From positions 1,812 to 65,811 of the forward strand of contig JAXGNA010000008.1 of the NCBI GenBank assembly GCA_040768245.1: a stretch of DNA of 64,000 bases. Direction: 5' to 3'. Source of the stretch: Methanomassiliicoccales archaeon (lineage in GTDB: Archaea > Thermoplasmatota > Thermoplasmata > Methanomassiliicoccales > UBA472). Below are positions 18,408 through 27,036 of the stretch, piece by piece. Under the pieces are notes generated by a model that saw only the letters and a list, made by a program, of their open reading frames with translations, was not told the origin of the DNA and ran no database searches. Positions within the stretch are counted from its first letter, which is position 1. Each line of letters opens with the position of its first letter. Position numbers and translations under genes: made by a program.

Positions 18408-18985
18408 TGGACCAGCTGGACGAGATGCTTCTGGAGCTCAAGGACTCTTCCGAGCTGATGATCGACCTGGCCTATTCCTCGCTGCTCTACAACAACAAGG
18501 AGATCGCCGAGGAGGTCGTGCTCATGGAGGAGATGCTCGACGAGCTGGCCAACGACATACAACGTCAGGCCATCGCCCGGGTCATGCAGGACCGGGACGA
18601 GGGCAAGGCCTTCACCGCCATCAAGCTTGCCGCGGCGGTGGAGGAGATCTCCGACGCCGCGATGCAGATCGCCATGGTCACCATCCATGACGATGAGCCG
18701 CACCCGGTCATCCGCCTGAGCATTAAGGACGCCGACACCACCATCACCCTGGCTGAGGTCAAGCAAGGATCCGACCTGGTCGGAAAGAGCCTGGGGAAGA
18801 TGAGACTGGCCAGCCAGAGCGGGATGTGGATCGTGGCCATCAAGAGGGACCGCAAGTACCTCTACGGCCCGGACAAGAACGCCGTTCTGGAGGTTGGCGA
18901 CGTGATAATTGCCCGCGGGCCTCCGGACGCCGAGAAGTACTTCCACGAACTGTGCTCAGGCGAGGAACATCTGGAAGAGCCGTAG
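18407..18985 (+). CDS. PhoU-like plus TrkA_C (RCK_C) domain regulatory protein, paralogue 2
   Basis: 192 aa from ATG 18407 (TGATG junction with paralogue 1). 'ELKDSSELMIDLAYSSLLYNNKEIAEEV' and 'GKSLGKMRLASQSGMWIVAIKRDRKYLYGPDKNAVLEVGDVIIARG' are colinear with paralogue 1. Confidence 0.7.
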   Translation: MDQLDEMLLELKDSSELMIDLAYSSLLYNNKEIAEEVVLMEEMLDELANDIQRQAIARVMQDRDEGKAFTAIKLAAAVEEISDAAMQIAMVTIHDDEPHPVIRLSIKDADTTITLAEVKQGSDLVGKSLGKMRLASQSGMWIVAIKRDRKYLYGPDKNAVLEVGDVIIARGPPDAEKYFHELCSGEEHLEEP

Positions 18986-18994
18986 GATAAGGAG

Positions 18995-19067
18995 TAGCCC
19001 CGGGCAGATTCGAACTGCCGTCGCAGGATCCAGAGTCCCGCATGATTGACCGCTACACTACGGGGCT
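18995..19067 (-). tRNA. tRNA-Gln (anticodon CUG)
   Basis: Reverse complement: AGCCCCG-TA-GTGTAGCGGTCAATCAT-G-CGGGA-CTCTGGA-TCCTG-CGAC-GGCAG-TTCGAAT-CTGCC-CGGGGCT-A. Acceptor and T arms pair perfectly. The anticodon loop is C-U-CUG-G-A. CCA is not encoded. Confidence 0.85.
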
Positions 19068-19121
19068 GTGCGGAACGGTGGTAAATGCTCCCTGGTCTTA
19101 ACCTTTTCGCAGGAAGATGGT

Positions 19122-19754
19122 TCAGGCGGCCTTGATGACCGCCGATATCCGCTTGTACACGTCGTCTATCGCGCCCATGCCGTCCACGGACCGGAGCACG
19201 CCTTTCTTTCGGTAATACTCGGTCAGAGGCGCGGTGCGCTCGGTATAGGTGTTGAAGCGTTCCCTTACCACCTTCTCGGTATCGTCGCTCCTCTGGTAGA
19301 GCTCGCCGCCGCACTTGTCGCAGACCCCGCTCTTCTTCGGAGGGTTGAACTCCAGATGGAAGACGGCGTTGCACGCCCGGCAGGACCTCCTCTCGGTGAG
19401 GCGTTTGATCAGAGCTTCCTGGTCCACCTCCAGGTCCACCGCCATCTCCACCTTGAAGAACTGGTCGAGCGCCTGGGCCTGCTCCAGGGAACGGGGGAAC
19501 CCGTCCAGCAGCACGCCGCCCTTGAGCCCTTTCAGCTTTTCCCTGATCAGCCCGACCACCAGGTCGTCGGGCACCAGCTTTCCGGCGTCCATGAAACTCT
19601 TCGCCTTGACTCCCAGTTCCGTCCCGTTGCGGACGGCCTCGCGCAGCAGGTCCCCGGTGGATATCTTGGTGAAACCGAACTCAGCTACCAGCCTCTCGGT
19701 CTGCGTTCCCTTGCCCGATCCCGGAGGCCCCAAAAGCACGATCTTCAGGTCCAT
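19122..19754 (-). CDS. adk: adenylate kinase (bacterial-type with Zn-binding lid)
   Basis: 210 aa from 'MDLKIVLLGPPGSGKGTQ' (P-loop). The lid carries 'CRACNAVFH...CDKCGGEL'. The track's 19-codon N-terminal extension is not needed. Confidence 0.9.
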   Translation of the reverse strand: MDLKIVLLGPPGSGKGTQTERLVAEFGFTKISTGDLLREAVRNGTELGVKAKSFMDAGKLVPDDLVVGLIREKLKGLKGGVLLDGFPRSLEQAQALDQFFKVEMAVDLEVDQEALIKRLTERRSCRACNAVFHLEFNPPKKSGVCDKCGGELYQRSDDTEKVVRERFNTYTERTAPLTEYYRKKGVLRSVDGMGAIDDVYKRISAVIKAA

Positions 19755-19845
19755 GCTCGGCCATGCCACTCCCCATAAATCATCTTTGCGATTTTTCCGT
19801 CCCCGGGACAATAGGATTATGTGCTAGTCTGGCAATCAAATTCGC

Positions 19846-20376
19846 ATGCTAGGTGGGGATTTGGTCGGGCTGGTGCCCCTGCAGACAACCGACGAGCTGG
19901 CTCTCTATAAATGGCTGAACGACCCGCGGGTCCGTCGGGCCGCCGGCCGACCCACCTGGAGACCGGCCTACAGCCTGGAGCAGGTGCAGGACCTGATCAA
20001 GGAGAAGCTGGCCCAGCCGTCCCGCTTCGACCTGATGGTGGTGGACCTGCGTACCGAGACGCCTTTGGGATTGATCGAACTGGCCCACATCCAGCCGATG
20101 AGCGATTCCGCGCAGATATCCTTGATCTGGGGGGAGAAGGGTGACCAGGAACTGATGACGGAGGCCCTGATATTGGCCGCCGGGTATGCCTTCAACTCGC
20201 AGGGACTGCATCGACTGTGGACCAGGGTCCCCGCCCGAGAAGAGCAAGGCCTCGCCCTGTTCCGCAAGGTGGGGTTCAAGGAGGAGGGCGTCCTCAGGGA
20301 GGATCATTTCGGAGATGGCAGTTGGCAGGACTCGGTGCTGCTCTCCTTGCTCTCAGCGGAGGCGCGGCCATGCTGA
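19846..20376 (+). CDS. GNAT N-acetyltransferase (RimJ/RimL-like), copy 1
   Basis: 176 aa. 'LVPLQTTDELALYKWLNDPRV' and 'AAGYAFNSQGLHRLWTRVPAREEQGLALFRKVGFKEEGVLRE' are typical of the Acetyltransf_3 family. Confidence 0.8.
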   Translation: MLGGDLVGLVPLQTTDELALYKWLNDPRVRRAAGRPTWRPAYSLEQVQDLIKEKLAQPSRFDLMVVDLRTETPLGLIELAHIQPMSDSAQISLIWGEKGDQELMTEALILAAGYAFNSQGLHRLWTRVPAREEQGLALFRKVGFKEEGVLREDHFGDGSWQDSVLLSLLSAEARPC

Positions 20377-20912
20377 GCGGAGAGAAGGTCGATCTGGTGG
20401 CGGCGGAACGCGCGTATGTCCCCATGTACATCAAGTGGATCAACGACCCCGAGGTGACGCAATGGCTGAAGGCCGACCCCCCGTTCAGCGTGGAGATGGA
20501 GCACGGCTGGGTGGACCGGCTTCGACGCGAGGGGAAGATGACCTTCACCATCCTCACCAAGGATGGCAGACCGATAGGCAACATCGGCATGGAGGAGGTG
20601 GTCTGGAGATACCGGCGGGTCACCATCGGCATCATGATCGGCGAGAAGGACCACTGGGGGAAAGGCTATGGCAGCGATGCCATCACCACTCTGCTGCGAT
20701 ACCTCTTCGAGGAGCTTGGCATGCGGCGGGTGGACCTCATCACCGATTCCGAGAACCATAGGGCGCAGCGGGCGTACAAGAGATGCGGCTTCCGGGTCGA
20801 AGGGCTGATGCGACAGTACCGGACCAAGAACGGACGCATCATCGACGACCTGATGATGGCCATACTGGCCACCGATTGGTTCGCCATGCATCCACCCAGG
20901 GGAGGGGCATAA
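20370..20912 (+). CDS. GNAT N-acetyltransferase (RimJ/RimL-like), copy 2
   Basis: 180 aa from ATG 20370 (ATGCTGA overlap with copy 1). 'LVAAERAYVPMYIKWINDPEV' and 'LLRYLFEELGMRRVDLITDSENHRAQRAYKRCGFRVEGLMR' are paralogous to copy 1. Confidence 0.8.
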   Translation: MLSGEKVDLVAAERAYVPMYIKWINDPEVTQWLKADPPFSVEMEHGWVDRLRREGKMTFTILTKDGRPIGNIGMEEVVWRYRRVTIGIMIGEKDHWGKGYGSDAITTLLRYLFEELGMRRVDLITDSENHRAQRAYKRCGFRVEGLMRQYRTKNGRIIDDLMMAILATDWFAMHPPRGGA

Positions 20913-20949
20913 GGTATTAGTAGCAAAATATCATTCGCCTTAATCCTAG

Positions 20950-21033
20950 GCAGGGGTAGCCAAGCCTGGCCAACGGCGCTAGATTCAGGGTCTAGTCCTT
21001 AGTGGTCCGAGGGTTCAAATCCCTTCCCCTGCA
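20950..21033 (+). tRNA. tRNA-Leu (anticodon CAG)
   Basis: GCAGGGG-TA-GCCAAGCCTGGCCAACGGC-G-CTAGA-TTCAGGG-TCTAG-(long variable arm)-GAGGG-TTCAAAT-CCCTT-CCCCTGC-A. The long variable arm is typical of a class II tRNA. A T-run (CTTTTT) follows. Confidence 0.85.
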
Positions 21034-21063
21034 CTTTTTCCCCTTCTTGACATCGTGGTCCCA

Positions 21064-22644
21064 TCACCCTCTTTTCATCCTGAGCACCAACAGAACGACC
21101 AGCAGAGCGATCACCGCCACCAGTAGGGCGATGATAACCAGCAGATACGTTTCCGTCCGGTCCTCCTTCTGCGGCGCCACACCGACGTTCGCACCCATCA
21201 GCAGACCATAGTAGGTCGTACCGGGACCGGGGAACTCCGACCCGGCCGGGGCGTGGCCGCGCAGGTCGGACGGGGTGTGAAGTATCCAATCCGTTCCCAC
21301 CTCGATCTGGGCCGAGGAGCCTAAGAAGGTTATGTTCTCCAGCGTCAGGCAGTCGGCGAAGGCGTTGAGCTGGATCACCCTGACACTGGCGGGGATCTCG
21401 ATCGAGCTAAGGAGCTTGCATCCGGTGAAGGCGGACATGCCAATCACCTCCACGCTGTCACCCATCTCCACCGTCCTCAACATGGTGCAGCTGAAGAAGG
21501 ACAAGATCCCTATTATCTCCACACCGTCACCGATCTTCACGCCGGTGATGCTGCATCCGGCCACCGAGAGCATGGCGATCTCGGTCACGCTGTCCGGTAT
21601 GGTCAGGTTTCCCGTCTTTCCGGCCGGGCATTGCATGAGGACTGTGACCGTCTTGTTGTACAGCACCCCGTCGATGCTGCGGAAGAACCCGTTATCGGGA
21701 TCCACGTCGATCCAGGACAGGCTTTCGCATTGGGCGAAGGCGTATGGGCCGATCTCCTCCACGCTGGCCGGGACGGTCAGGTTGGCCAGGGAGGTGCAGC
21801 CGGCGAAAGCACCATTACCTATTCTCTCGAGCCCAGAAGGAAGGTCGAACGCGGTCATGGATACACAGCTCTGGAAGGCGCCATCGCCGATGGTCCTCAA
21901 ACCGGTCGGAACTTCGAACGACTCCAGCTTTTCGCAATCGGCGAACGCCCTCCTGCCGATGGTGTCCAGATGGCTGTCCTGGGCGAAGGTCACGGTCTTG
22001 AGCTCGTCAACGCTCTCGAACATGTAATCGCCGATCTCGGTGATTCCGCGACCGATGACCAGGTTCTCCAAGAACCGGCAATCGTCAAAGCAGCCATCAC
22101 GGAGAGAGCTCACAGTATCCGGTATGGTCACGTCCCCGGCCAGGGCTGAAGGGCATTTGATCAGAGCGGTGAAAGCCTCATCGTACAGCACCCCGCCCAT
22201 GCTGGTATAGTACGGGTTGTTGATGTGTACCGATATGGCCTCCAGGTGATAGCAGTTGTAGAACACCGCGTCCCCTAGTGACGAGACGCCGCTGCCGATG
22301 TATGCCGTGACCAGCTGGTCGCAGTTGGCGAAGGCGTAGTTCTGGATGGTGTGCACGCTGTTGGGGACCAAAACCGAGGTGACATGATAACCGGCCGCCC
22401 TGTTGAACGCCTCGTAGCGGATGATGGCGGTCGGGTACCCGCCCAGTGTGGAGGGGATGCTGATGTCGCCTCCGGCCCCGGTGTAAGCGGTTATCATGGC
22501 CACCTGGGGATCGCCGGTCAGCTCATATTCGTAGTCCCCGTCCACCAGGGCAGTGGCCTCCTGCGGGACCAGCACGAAGGCGGACATCAGCAGTGCGAGC
22601 ACGATCACCATCGGCAATACCACCTTCTTCGGATGCGCGTCCAT
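21064..22644 (-). CDS. BspA-type leucine-rich-repeat surface protein
   Basis: 526 aa with an N-terminal signal/TM segment. About 23-residue LRR_5-type units recur ('IQNYAFANCDQLVTAYIGSGVSSLGDAVFYNCYHLEAISV', 'IGDGAFQSCVSMTAFDLPSGLERIGNGAFAGCTSLANLTVP' and others). C-terminal TM anchor plus basic tail. Confidence 0.8.
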   Translation of the reverse strand: MDAHPKKVVLPMVIVLALLMSAFVLVPQEATALVDGDYEYELTGDPQVAMITAYTGAGGDISIPSTLGGYPTAIIRYEAFNRAAGYHVTSVLVPNSVHTIQNYAFANCDQLVTAYIGSGVSSLGDAVFYNCYHLEAISVHINNPYYTSMGGVLYDEAFTALIKCPSALAGDVTIPDTVSSLRDGCFDDCRFLENLVIGRGITEIGDYMFESVDELKTVTFAQDSHLDTIGRRAFADCEKLESFEVPTGLRTIGDGAFQSCVSMTAFDLPSGLERIGNGAFAGCTSLANLTVPASVEEIGPYAFAQCESLSWIDVDPDNGFFRSIDGVLYNKTVTVLMQCPAGKTGNLTIPDSVTEIAMLSVAGCSITGVKIGDGVEIIGILSFFSCTMLRTVEMGDSVEVIGMSAFTGCKLLSSIEIPASVRVIQLNAFADCLTLENITFLGSSAQIEVGTDWILHTPSDLRGHAPAGSEFPGPGTTYYGLLMGANVGVAPQKEDRTETYLLVIIALLVAVIALLVVLLVLRMKRG

Positions 22645-22772
22645 AACGACCAGCCACCTTGTCCTGAGAATGATTACGCCCTTGCCAGGGATTTAAGCAG
22701 TTCGCACTCCGTTCGTCTCCTCAAATAAATACAAATACTACATGTATTCATATGGTGATTATGGTGACATAG

Positions 22773-23081
22773 GTGAGAATAACACCAGCGAAGTGGGACG
22801 CGGAGTACGCGTGGCTGCGGAACGAGGAAGGGGTACGGGCATGGCAGTTCGAGCCCAAGGTCAAGGTCCGCAAGGAGGCGCGGAGAAAGATACTACAAGG
22901 GATCGGTCGCCCCTCGATGACCGGATTGGCCCTCCAGGGACTGGGGGCGGTCCTCCTTGGCCTTCTGGCCATTGACGGGCAGCTGCTCACGCTGCTGCCC
23001 CTGGCCGCGCTCATCAGCGGAGAGGTCATTTTTATTTCCTCCCTGGGCCATAAGGGAGAGCGTTCAACGGGAGACAAGTGA
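22773..23081 (+). CDS. small hypothetical membrane protein (102 aa, GTG start)
   Basis: Hydrophobic core 'GLALQGLGAVLLGLLAIDGQLLTLLPLAALISGEVIFI'. The stop lies 1 nt before the next ATG (TGAGATG), which suggests co-translation. No family recognised. Confidence 0.35.
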   Translation: MRITPAKWDAEYAWLRNEEGVRAWQFEPKVKVRKEARRKILQGIGRPSMTGLALQGLGAVLLGLLAIDGQLLTLLPLAALISGEVIFISSLGHKGERSTGDK

Positions 23082-23082
23082 G

Positions 23083-23463
23083 ATGACCAACGTTACCATC
23101 AGGGGGATCGACGACCAGACCTACCTCAAGTTCTCGGCGCGGGCCACCCTGGAAGGCGTGGCCGTCGGCGAGCTCACCACCAGAGCCATGAACGAGTACC
23201 TGGAGAAGGACCAGGGGAAGATATACCGGATAGGTAACCTGGAGGACATCTCCATAAACCGTAAGGACCTGGAGTCGCTGGATGGGGTGGTGATACTCCA
23301 GAACATCGAGCGCCTCACCTTGGAGGACGATCTGGACTGGCCGCTGGTCAACGAGCGGATCAGGTCCATCGAGAACGTGGAGACCCTGGTCCTGTCGAAG
23401 GGGGTCTCCAAGTTCCAGATCCTGACCAAGGCCAGGAACGTCGAGAAGTTCCGGTCCGTCTGA
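23083..23463 (+). CDS. ribbon-helix-helix (antitoxin/Arc-like) N-domain fused to an uncharacterised repeat-like C-domain
   Basis: 126 aa. 'VTIRGIDDQTYLKFSARATLEGVAVGELTTRAMNEYL' has the beta-alpha-alpha pattern of FitA/VapB-type RHH domains. The C-terminal ~80 aa shows L/I periodicity ('LESLDGVVILQNIERLTLEDD', 'IRSIENVETLVLSKG'). Confidence 0.5.
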   Translation: MTNVTIRGIDDQTYLKFSARATLEGVAVGELTTRAMNEYLEKDQGKIYRIGNLEDISINRKDLESLDGVVILQNIERLTLEDDLDWPLVNERIRSIENVETLVLSKGVSKFQILTKARNVEKFRSV

Positions 23464-23505
23464 ACGGTCCGACACCGTTAATATCATTCACGGCCATGGT
23501 CAGGC

Positions 23506-23910
23506 ATGGTCGCGCTCACTCCCGAGATGCAGGATCTTTTCAAGGGAACCAAGTACTTCGCCATGGCCACCGCCTCCAAGGACGGCGAGCCGAACGTGGC
23601 GCCGATCGGAATGGCCATACTGATGGACCCGGAGACCATCTGGATCGGAAACCAGTTCTTTCGCCAGACCTTGGCGAACCTGAAGGAGAACCCCCGGGTG
23701 GCCTTGCAGGTCTGGACCTTCGGCGTTCCTGGCTGTTTGAAGATCAAGGGCGATGTTCAGATAGTGGAAAAAGGTCCGGACTATAACAAGATGTACAACA
23801 TGGTCAAGGAGAGAAAGCCGAACCTGGAGTGCAAGGGCCTGGTCATCATGAAGATCACCGAGGTCTTCGATTGCCGTTCCGGGGCGGAGGCGGGAAAGCG
23901 CCTGCTCTGA
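23506..23910 (+). CDS. pyridoxamine 5'-phosphate oxidase family (FMN-binding split-barrel) protein
   Basis: 134 aa. 'KYFAMATASKDGEPNVAPIG...NQFFRQTLANLKENPRVALQVW' is typical of the PNPOx-like family. Confidence 0.78.
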   Translation: MVALTPEMQDLFKGTKYFAMATASKDGEPNVAPIGMAILMDPETIWIGNQFFRQTLANLKENPRVALQVWTFGVPGCLKIKGDVQIVEKGPDYNKMYNMVKERKPNLECKGLVIMKITEVFDCRSGAEAGKRLL

Positions 23911-23911
23911 A

Positions 23912-25108
23912 TCAAGCCTTGTCGGTGAAGGCCGGCTGCTTCATGGCCAGACGTACCGCGTCAATGAACATGATGAGGCCGATCAGGGCCAGGAAGAAGC
24001 CCAGGAGCCAGCTGCCGTAGAACTCCACCGGGGGGGCTTTCGTCTCGCCTTGGGCGAACATGGTGGCCAGAATCATCGGCACGAAGGCGAAGAAGGTTCT
24101 GGCCCAGATCCGTTTGTCCTGCACCGCCCAGACCGACAGCATAGCGACCAGCATTATCCAGTAGCCCCCGTGCACCTTGGGATAGAAGGTGAAGAAGGCC
24201 ATGAGCATCAGGGTGACGCTCTGCCATACCGGCCATTTCTTGTGGTACGGGTAGAGATAGGCGAAGGCCATGGCCCCGCCCAGGATGGCCAGCTGTACGA
24301 CGCTGGGCGGGTTCCATCCGCCCATGTACAGGAAGTGCCAGATGGAGTGTCCGCCGGTCGGTCTTCCCTCCTCCCCCAGGAAGTAGAAGTTCAGGAAGAA
24401 GGAGAAGTCGTCCCAGCACATGATCACGAAAGGCAGCGCAATGAGGCCAGTGGCCAACCCCAGGAATAGGAGGGAGGTCATCCGCCCTTTCCAATCCCGC
24501 TGCTGGAGGAAATGGACCGGGAACAGGAGAATGGGGAACATCTTGGTCCAGATACCCACGCCGATGGCGGCGGAGGCGGAATTATGACGCTTCAACAGCA
24601 TGAGCACCACGGCCAGCATGAAGATGAAGGCCACGATCGACTCGTCCTCGCCGGTGCCGGATTCCACGATGGTGTAAGGCGACAGCAGCACCAGCATGCC
24701 GGCGAAGTAGGCCTTGTTCTCATCCAGATGGCGAAGGCCCAGGTAGAGCATGGCCGAGAGCAGGAAGGCGAACAGCGAGAAGTAAGCGCTCCAGACCCAG
24801 TCGTGCTCCGCCCCGCCCAGAAGCTGCGCGGGGACCAGCAGGTAATTGATGATCGGCGGGGTCTCGGTGTGCACATCACGATAGAGAAGCCCGCCGTCCA
24901 GGATGGTCTGGGTCCTCGCCCGGTAGACGTCCATGTCCGGATGGCTCAGGTCGGGGTCGATGGCCGCCATCAGGAAGGCGTTGTCGGCCACGATCATCGT
25001 GCCGTAGACCAGCAGGGCGATCGCCGCGTAAAGGAAAAGCTTGCGCCCGGGCGACAGGGCGGCGATCCTGGTGAGGACCGCATCAAATCTCTTCGCCAGG
25101 CTGTACAT
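23912..25108 (-). CDS. GT-C fold membrane glycosyltransferase (DUF2029/GT87-like)
   Basis: 398 aa with at least 9 TM helices. The first loop, 'DMDVYRARTQTILDGGLLYRDVHTETPPIINYL', resembles the DUF2029 mannosyltransferase loop. It is the last gene of the minus-strand glycosylation operon. Confidence 0.6.
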   Translation of the reverse strand: MYSLAKRFDAVLTRIAALSPGRKLFLYAAIALLVYGTMIVADNAFLMAAIDPDLSHPDMDVYRARTQTILDGGLLYRDVHTETPPIINYLLVPAQLLGGAEHDWVWSAYFSLFAFLLSAMLYLGLRHLDENKAYFAGMLVLLSPYTIVESGTGEDESIVAFIFMLAVVLMLLKRHNSASAAIGVGIWTKMFPILLFPVHFLQQRDWKGRMTSLLFLGLATGLIALPFVIMCWDDFSFFLNFYFLGEEGRPTGGHSIWHFLYMGGWNPPSVVQLAILGGAMAFAYLYPYHKKWPVWQSVTLMLMAFFTFYPKVHGGYWIMLVAMLSVWAVQDKRIWARTFFAFVPMILATMFAQGETKAPPVEFYGSWLLGFFLALIGLIMFIDAVRLAMKQPAFTDKA

Positions 25109-25117
25109 GCGTAACCC

Positions 25118-25822
25118 CTAACCCTTCTGGCGGAGGGCGGCGATCTCCTCCTTATGGTCCTTCTTGAACTTGGAGAAATCCCGCAGGGTTATGAAGGGGA
25201 CGGTGTAGAACTTGATGTATGATTTTCCGGACGGACGGTCGTAGTGAACGATGGGCACCTCGGCGATCTTCATGCCCTTGAGCGCGGCCAGCGGCAGGAT
25301 GAAACGGTGCAGTCCCTGGTAGCCCTCTGGATCGAATCCCATGGCCACCGCCTTCTCCCTCCGGAAGGCCTTGAACCCGCTGTTCTGGTCCTTGATCTGC
25401 AGCTTGAACTTGCGGCGGATGATGAAACGGTTATACGTCCGGGAGATGAAACGGCGGATGAAGGTATCGGTACGCTCCCGCCTCCAGCCGGTGACCACGT
25501 CGAACCCTTCGTCCATCTTCGAGAGGAAGAGCGGTATCTGCTTGGGCTCGTACTGCCGGTCGGCGTCCATGATGATGACGACCTCGCCCTTGGCCTGCTG
25601 GAAACCGGTACGGATGGCGTACGACCGACCCAGGTTCTTCTCGTGATGGACCGCCCGTACGTTGGGATGGTCCTTGGCCAGCTGGTCGCATATCTCTCCC
25701 GAGCGGTCGGTGCTGCCATCGTCGATCAGTAGGACCTCCCCGTCGATGTTCTTCTCAGCATAGACCGCCAGGATGTCCTCGGTGAGCGGTCCCACGTTCC
25801 CTTCCTCGTTCTTGAGCATCAA
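25118..25822 (-). CDS. family 2 glycosyltransferase (dolichyl-phosphate sugar synthase-like); start problematic
   Basis: 'NEEGNV', 'LLIDDGSTDRS' and 'VIIMDADRQYEP' (DxD) are GT2 hallmarks. The track start is TTG 25822, but the first beta-strand ('IKLKCTTVLML') is encoded upstream of it with no ATG, GTG or TTG. Confidence 0.85.
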   Translation of the reverse strand: MMLKNEEGNVGPLTEDILAVYAEKNIDGEVLLIDDGSTDRSGEICDQLAKDHPNVRAVHHEKNLGRSYAIRTGFQQAKGEVVIIMDADRQYEPKQIPLFLSKMDEGFDVVTGWRRERTDTFIRRFISRTYNRFIIRRKFKLQIKDQNSGFKAFRREKAVAMGFDPEGYQGLHRFILPLAALKGMKIAEVPIVHYDRPSGKSYIKFYTVPFITLRDFSKFKKDHKEEIAALRQKG

Positions 25823-25836
25823 GACGGTGGTGCACT

Positions 25837-26856
25837 TCAGTTTAATCCCCTCTGGTTATTGTCGGCCTCCTTGGCAGAGGAGGACCGGGCGCGCTGATCT
25901 ATGACCATGGCTAACAGGCTGACCGGCACGGACAGCCAGATAGAGGTTATCGCACTTAAAAGCCCTGCGGTCGCCGCCACGTGGGGATCTAGCCCGCTAG
26001 CGGTGAAGACCGCGGAGGACATCAACACGTTGCCGCTTCCCGCGGTGAGCACCACGGCGCTCAGGGACGCCAGGCTGGCCGAGGCTATGACCGCCACTAA
26101 CGAAACGTCCACCCCCAGGGCCTCGATGATCAGGTAGAGCCGCACGATCTCATTGGCCCAGATGACCGCGGTCAGAAAGGATGGCCAGACCAGCCGCTTC
26201 CAGTTGCCCTTGAAGTTCAGGGCCTCGTTGAATGAAACCACGGTGCCCATCAGCTTGCCGGAGAGCTTGGCGCCTCTTTCCCCCTTAAGGACCTTGGAGG
26301 CCATCCGGGCGCCCCAGCCCCCCATCCTCAGCAGCAGCTTGGGCCGCGCCAGGACGTAGATGAAGAGCAGGTTGGCCAACACCATCAGGGCGACCAGGAA
26401 CATCAGGTAACCGCGGAACTCCTCCACGATGTGCGCAAGCAGCAGGAAAAGACTGGTGACGGTGAGGATGGTCAGGAAGGCGAAGTCCATTATGCGCTCG
26501 GTAACCACCGAGGCCAGCCCCTTTCCGACCGCCACCCCTTTCCGGGTGTTCATCTCGATGATCCGGGAGGTCTCGCCGACCACCCTTCCCGGGATGAGGT
26601 TGTTGATGGCCTGGGAAAGCGAGAAGGCAGCGAAGATGGTACGGAAGGATATCTCGTACCCGGCGTGGCTCATCAGCACACCCCATCGGTAGGCCTTGAA
26701 GACCAGGTTTATCAGATAGAGGACGACCACCAGGGAGATCAGCTCATACCTGATGCCCTTGAGGGCTATCCAGACCTCCTCCGGGTTCGAGGCTAGCACT
26801 ACCAGTATAATGAGGGCAAAGGAAATGCCCAACCTGACCTTGGTACCAAGGCTCAT
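25837..26856 (-). CDS. flippase-like / LPG-synthase-TM (UPF0104) membrane protein
   Basis: 339 aa, polytopic. 'LISLVVVLYLINLVFKAYRWGVLM' and '...LSQAINNLIPGRVGE' are typical of the UPF0104 family, which commonly sits beside GT2 genes. Confidence 0.68.
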   Translation of the reverse strand: MSLGTKVRLGISFALIILVVLASNPEEVWIALKGIRYELISLVVVLYLINLVFKAYRWGVLMSHAGYEISFRTIFAAFSLSQAINNLIPGRVVGETSRIIEMNTRKGVAVGKGLASVVTERIMDFAFLTILTVTSLFLLLAHIVEEFRGYLMFLVALMVLANLLFIYVLARPKLLLRMGGWGARMASKVLKGERGAKLSGKLMGTVVSFNEALNFKGNWKRLVWPSFLTAVIWANEIVRLYLIIEALGVDVSLVAVIASASLASLSAVVLTAGSGNVLMSSAVFTASGLDPHVAATAGLLSAITSIWLSVPVSLLAMVIDQRARSSSAKEADNNQRGLN

Positions 26857-27036
26857 TCTTCCCGTGGTCCATCCCCTTCCCCGACCAGAACGGACCTGTC
26901 TGTCTCCGTGACGATCGGACCCGTTGGCTGGTTGATGACTAGGATGGGCTTATATGAAATTTTGGTAAGTGTTCCATTGTCCAGGGCATGAACAGCAAGT
27001 AATGTAATGGAGGGGGTGCATGACCCATGGGATAGA

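Noticed and set aside
20950-23463. Integrated element at tRNA-Leu (accessory genes immediately downstream)
   Set aside because: There is no integrase, and I found no direct repeat of the tRNA 3' end downstream. The GC content of the LRR and RHH genes looks native.
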